This document shows positions 58,401-64,000 of a DNA stretch of 64,000 nt, one piece after another. Origin of the DNA: Tubulanus polymorphus (Eukaryota > Animalia > Nemertea). The notes under the pieces were generated by a model. That model was not told the DNA's origin. It saw only the letters and a list, made by a program, of their open reading frames with translations, and searched no databases. The stretch is from NCBI RefSeq assembly GCF_964204645.1, contig NC_134027.1, forward strand, positions 6,232,485 to 6,296,484, written 5' to 3'. The translations under genes and the position numbers were made by a program. Each line of letters opens with the position of its first letter. The stretch's first letter is position 1.

Positions 58401-61365
58401 GGTAAAAGTAACATAAGCTATTGCCTCCAGCAAAAATACAGACAGTAGTAGATTGACACCGGAATTTAGACCGAAAATTGCTATGAGAGAGAGGAAAAGT
58501 TGATACAAACTACCGTAACTGCAGTAGGCTCTGTACATAATACGGAGTAATTTTTCTTTAAAAATATCTTATTGAGATTAACGGCCTTCTTAAATGATTT
58601 GGAAAATACATATACAACTGGCCTGATCATGGACGGACACACTCAGTGTTTTTATTTATCATCATGCAGTACTATTTCAAACAAATTCAAAGAATTTTTT
58701 AAATCAAACAAACATAATAACGAAATAAATAAATCGAGATGAACAGAAAAAGTAACTTCTGTCTGTATTTTCACCGACGGAAAAGCTGATGTTCATTTCA
58801 TCATTTTTCTTTTGAAGATAAAGGATTTTGCCACATTTCAAACATTCAACCATACATTTGACGACCCTCATAATAAAAACCTTTAAACAAACACGCGAAT
58901 TCACTGTAGGTTTACTACCTTTCCCTTAAACGTTATTTCTCGAAAATATCACTAAATTACAGATGCTATATGCATTAAAAACTATACATATGTATCCGAC
59001 TCCTTTATAGTATAAGAACACACACATACATTTAAAATGCACCCTGTCCGATTAAAGAGGAATCTTGATTATAAAAAAAACATCATTTACATTACATGAC
59101 CATGGAAAACAAACCACATAGATTTGCTCAAAACATCACAAAGTAGACCGTCCTATCAGAAACAAATGTGATCTTAGATTTCTCAAAATTCACTGATCAG
59201 AAATTTACTGTTTCCTTGATATCCTTATAGCTTTCATCTTAGCGGGGAGGTGCATAAAATGACGATTGTATGAGAGGTAAAAGCTCACTCCACGAAATAC
59301 CCAAAGCCAACTCGAAATATATAATAATAATACATGTACACGCGTATGTATCATTGAAAAAATGATCACTACAGTTGATATTTGTGCTTCTGGTTTTCAC
59401 ACCCAGTTTTATGTAAAATCGTCTATAAACATTGGTCGACAAAATTGGGATGACTTGAGATCGAGCTCAACAAAACTTCCAATACGATTGAATTTGTTTT
59501 CATTTCAATATTTGATTTTTTTGCAATGACTCGGTTCAATTCAATGAACTAGTCTCGAAATGGTTTGTCCATAACATTAAAACAGCCCACTCAGAAGTGC
59601 ATGTTTAGAAACGATATCTGAATTGCCAGTATTGTACAAATGGACTTTTAAGTTAATTTTAGAGCCCATTTTCTGATTAAATACATATTTGGAAAATGGA
59701 AGTAGCAAATAATGATCCGAGATTCAAAGTGAAGATTCATGTTTCATACTCTTGAAGGGTCATATTTGAAGTGGACATTCATGTTGTATGGTCTCAGCTT
59801 CTCTATCTTTTATTTTAAGTGAAACAATCAATTTCCATTTGCCTAAAAACATTGAGAAATATGCACGAGAACTTCAAGAATTGTTTCATTTTTGGAATTA
59901 CGTTTGGGAAGTTTTCAATATATCTGCAAATTGTTCTTTTACGAACGTAATGCATGCTAAATGAGGTAGACACTATGACCTATGGGTCCCATAAGACCGT
60001 GGTCCACAATTAACGATTATCACAGATCGAGAGCTATCCCAATTATGTCGACACAAACTACTTCAAATTTCCGATGCAGTACACCTCTTGAATGTCACTT
60101 ATGATTATTGCGAAATAGATAGGATTTCCTTTGCCATTCTTTACAATGTCGTGTATGCTTAACTACGTGAAATTTCTACCATCTCTGAAAGAAAGGTTAT
60201 GCCAATACTGAAAAGTTCATCTAAATTTTTGTTTCGGTTCCTAAATTATTCTCTCAGTTAAGTTACACAGAATTTTCTGGTAAGAGGTAGAGCTTAGCAC
60301 TCCCTGGCGAAATTGTTGCCCTCTATTCACAAACAATAGGTGTACTACAAATGATTATTTCAGATGATCTTGATGAAAGACGTATTCATTGTTCTCCATA
60401 CCTCCACGTACAAATGATATTCAATGATGAAAATATACAATAGAAAAATTCAAATCATTACGATAATTAAGTGCTAGCTAGTTACATTCCTTTCTTGATG
60501 TTATAAACACGCACCAATCGTTTTTACACAAAATCTTTTGCAAAATATTACAATTATTATCATTTAATCATTATGATTATTATCATTATTGATATTAACA
60601 ATGCGCTTATCGCATTTCCAACTCCCGGGTATCTTGTTTAAGCAGAAAAAAAACAAGAAAACTTCTTCAATGCATACATGCATGTTGGTGTTGTTTGTTG
60701 TTACAATAGAAAGCGCTGTTCAGCAGGTGTTCATATCCTTGGCATCCAGTTTTAATACTTGGTGCGACCAGGCCGGGCGGCATCCATCTTGAATCACAGT
60801 GTAACATGAGGTAATAATACGCACTTGTGCTCGAATGACTAAAGATCCCATGAAAACATCACACTATTACTAGGCACCAAAAATGTAGAATAAATCACCA
60901 TGCAATATTGTTTTTACTATCATTATCATTGTTATGTGATATAGTTGCTCTGTTTTCTCAATACGTTTTGAGATGTCTGTCTTAGTTCTTGCGATTTTTT
61001 CGTATGGAAACGTTGATTTTTTCAAAACTGTAGCCGACGATTTCTTAATTTTCTTAATCATCCACTTTCGTCGTCGTTGTCCGGGTTAGATGTAAGAAAT
61101 AAAGACTTCGCCATTTATTTCTACGTACACATATACCGGTATATTTTCTGTATATACTCGTTTACAAGAGAGTCACGATGAGATCCAGATCTTGGTCTGC
61201 CTCATATATCTGAATTGGTACTGCAGGCATGGCCGCCGTGCCATATTACATATATTTCTACAGTTCTACAGGACCGTTTCAAGAAATTTACTTGAAATAA
61301 TGCGCTAGAATTCAATAATAATAAATTAATAAGTCCATTTAATTGGTTATTTATTGAATTTTTTG
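52442..61365 (-). other. Probable very long (up to about 9 kb) ATXN1 3'UTR
   Basis: No credible coding exons lie between the ATXN1 stop and the CLPTM1L 3' end. The minus strand is U-rich and has an AATAAA at 52442-52447. Nearer poly(A) sites cannot be excluded. Confidence 0.5.
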
Positions 61366-61956
61366 TCATGTCTTTTCACCAGACGCTGAAGCACCGGTGC
61401 TCATTCGGCTGCTCGGACGCGGCGATGTTGACTCGGTAGGTGGCGTTGTTCGCATCGACCCCGGTGACAGCGTCATCGATGTTGTCATCGTCGACGTTGG
61501 TAGCTGAAGCACAGCTTGCGAATCTGACTTAGTCGAAGTAGAAGGACTCGGTTGTTGTGAAGGCTCCGATTGCGGGGGTGGTGACTGTTTCGCCGTGTCC
61601 AAGCTGATCTGATCGGGAGCCGACCAGCGTCGTTTACGAACTTGCCCCGGTTCTAGTTGTTGCTGTTGTTGTTGTTGACTTGTCGCCGTTCGTACGCCGG
61701 CCTCTGAACTTTGTTGTCGAAGAACCTGAGATTTCGAAGCGCCATTTCGCCCTTTACCCGATGATAGCTGTTGCTGGCGACTCAACTCGGCTGCTTTCGA
61801 GCTCGCTTCTTTATGCGTCAGCGATATGCAAACATCCCCAACAGAAAGTTTATGACATGTGAGTCCGTAACGTTGCTGTGTGCGCTGTGGCTGACACGAT
61901 GACCATCCTTGACCAAACACGAAGAATGGATGTTCCAGGGTTGCCTCGACAGTAAC
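61366..61956 (-). CDS. ATXN1: Ataxin-1 family, terminal coding exon (C-terminal half of the AXH domain, NLS/phospho motif); upstream exons lie beyond the window
   Basis: Acceptor TTTACAG, then VTVEATLEHPFFVFGQGWSSCQPQRTQQRYGLTCHKLSVGDVCISLT (AXH) and RKRRWSAP (equivalent to the human S776 motif). Confidence 0.95.
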   Translation of the reverse strand, partial: VTVEATLEHPFFVFGQGWSSCQPQRTQQRYGLTCHKLSVGDVCISLTHKEASSKAAELSRQQQLSSGKGRNGASKSQVLRQQSSEAGVRTATSQQQQQQQLEPGQVRKRRWSAPDQISLDTAKQSPPPQSEPSQQPSPSTSTKSDSQAVLQLPTSTMTTSMTLSPGSMRTTPPTESTSPRPSSRMSTGASASGEKT

Positions 61957-61992
61957 CTGTAAATAAACAGAGATGGAAATTTGCTTTTAGAT

Positions 61993-62042
61993 TATCTTCG
62001 CTCTAGTTAGAATAGACTATCTTCGCTCTAGTTAGAATAGAC
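61993..62042. repeat. 25-bp exact tandem duplication in the ATXN1 intron
   Basis: TATCTTCGCTCTAGTTAGAATAGAC x2. Confidence 0.9.
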
Positions 62043-64000
62043 CGACAATAAATATTCTACATCACTGCCGATGCTGCCATCTGATATCAACGAGTTAAAC
62101 TAATATTCAAACTTCATTGACATCATGTCATGGCCCACGATATGCACTTCTGACAAATTGTAAGGTGGAGTATGCATAAAAGCTTGATTTAATGAGAAAG
62201 ATATGCGTCTCTATTTGTAGTCGCTGATTTGCATTTTGCCACTATTTGATGTCTTAAGCTAGGTAACTCAATTCTTTAATTTCGTATTCAGGTGGGCGTT
62301 CAACGAACCAGGACTTGCATGCCTTAATTAAACGATAAAAAAGCAGTATGTTCAATGTGTGTTCAACTGAGGTTTCCTTGACAACTAAAAATTGACAGGG
62401 AATGAAAAAGACACTAATTCCATCAAAAAATGCCGAGGGAATCGAGATGCGATCCGATCTCTCCCGGCCACAGCTGTGCTACTACAATACTCCAAAATCT
62501 AATTGAATGCTATATAGAGGTATGTCTCCAATAGTAAGTCCATCGCCTGGCAGTATGGAAGTGCTGTTTGACCAAATAAATAAACACATGAAGATGGATA
62601 TATTGATGAAGATGGAAAATGAATTAGGCCAAAATACCCTTTAAAAAGGATATTCTTTCCTCAAATTCAGTCTATCATGAGGAAATTGATCGAATAATGA
62701 TTAGTGTTGGATCCAAAAAAAAGATGATTTCTTATGTGAAAAAATGAGGGAAAAGTTTGAATTACTCAAGTGAAAATACAATATTCACATTAAACAAGTT
62801 CACCTAGCAGTGAACTGTTGAGCATCTTCTAACGACCACCAATGAGTAAATTTCAGTTTGATTAAATTTTTATAAGCGTCTAAATTTAGACACGCGCTCG
62901 AGATGTACGCGCCATATGTGACCATGCTCCGTAAACTTTCCGATAGGAGACTTCTCGGTAAGGGGTTTTCGTTGGTGGCAACAGTCAACTGTCGGTCGGA
63001 GCGGCCATAAATAACGCTATGTACACACCAATTGAGTGTATTGCATGACTGGTTCAGATACGGTTGTGATTAGTATTGCGCGATTCGTATCCATTCCGTG
63101 GCACCAAAATAGGACATAAATATCATCGACGTTGATTAACAACATTGATACTTTTTCAAGGTCGTAAAAGTAGAAACGGCCAAAAGATGATCCACGATTT
63201 ATCGATTAACAGATTTATTTGGTTACTTTAGTTGTCCAGGTGAAAGTAAATGGACGAGGAAATGTAGGAATTGTTGAAACTTCCCATAAAAAAAATTACA
63301 CGGACGCACTGCAAATTTGATTTCCATGTTCAACTAGATCGATGCCTACGCTGCAAAAACCCAGCATAAGCTATAAAAATATCATCAAAGGAATAGACAT
63401 CACTCTTGCGTATTCTTTGGTCAAGGATATTTTAACATTGTTACGTGCATAGTAACTTTTAGATCGGTAATTCTACGAAACGCCAACATGGAAATTCCAT
63501 CTACTATAAACGTGAATCATAAGGCACTCTATTTGGATATCCCGAAGACCCCTGGGTCACCTTGTGCAAACCTATAAACTATAGGCATACAAGTGTTGAC
63601 CCGGACCTTATGTCACACACTGTTCGCACTGGGTTCGTGCCTGTTCGACATGGGCCAAATTTTAGCATGGATCAAATTATTCCTCGCGAATGCTAATTGG
63701 TTCTGGAAAATGACTGCATTGTTTTGATTGAATAAGTTACCTGTAAATGTGCTCTCTTGATAGGCACAGGGCAAATTTGACTGTGTCCGGGGCCTGTATG
63801 ACTCAGGTCAAATTGTCCCTATGTGATCATGGCTGTGATTAAGCAAGGCACATTGGCTAAGTCATAACGGCACATGGGTTCGAAAACTTGGAGACTTGAA
63901 AACTGTAACCGTTGATGGATGATATTCCTGCATGGTCAATCACCATACAGCAACAAGTAGATACTAGTACATTAATGTGACACTTATATGATTACCGATA

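Noticed and set aside
52557-61061. Numerous 60-106 aa ORFs in the ATXN1 downstream tract
   Set aside because: No recognisable domains or consistent exon chains, many start at non-ATG codons, and the composition is typical of AT-rich non-coding DNA.

Overview
AT-rich, intron-dense animal genomic DNA, most likely a compact marine invertebrate genome (lophotrochozoan-like; taxon is an inference). The ORF track is mostly exon fragments, so I rebuilt gene models by hand from GT-AG junctions. Twelve protein-coding genes are visible in order: HCFC1 (5'-truncated), SNAPC5-like, an SLC26 anion transporter, an AADAC/NCEH1-like esterase, AK8, a cathepsin-L-fold gene, a vWA-domain gene, a TRPC channel, ACP7-like purple acid phosphatase, a GT31 beta-1,3-galactosyltransferase, CLPTM1L, and the last exon of ATXN1 with about 9 kb of probable 3'UTR. 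Four observations stand out. (1) The cathepsin-L-fold gene is intact and has a signal peptide but no prodomain, and its catalytic Cys and His are replaced by Ser and Gln. (2) A 245-bp insertion with an 11-bp target-site duplication sits in a SNAPC5 intron; it is a 102-bp-arm palindrome centred on a minimal Penelope-type hammerhead ribozyme motif. (3) HCF-1 carries 16 tandem C-T-D-G-x-H-C-G-E repeats where vertebrates have the HCF-1PRO cleavage repeats, and an in-frame alternative splice donor could remove the block. (4) The vWA protein ends in a domain resembling the GIY-YIG-like module of plant EFFECTOR OF TRANSCRIPTION proteins. Family assignments come from motif recognition, not database searches.
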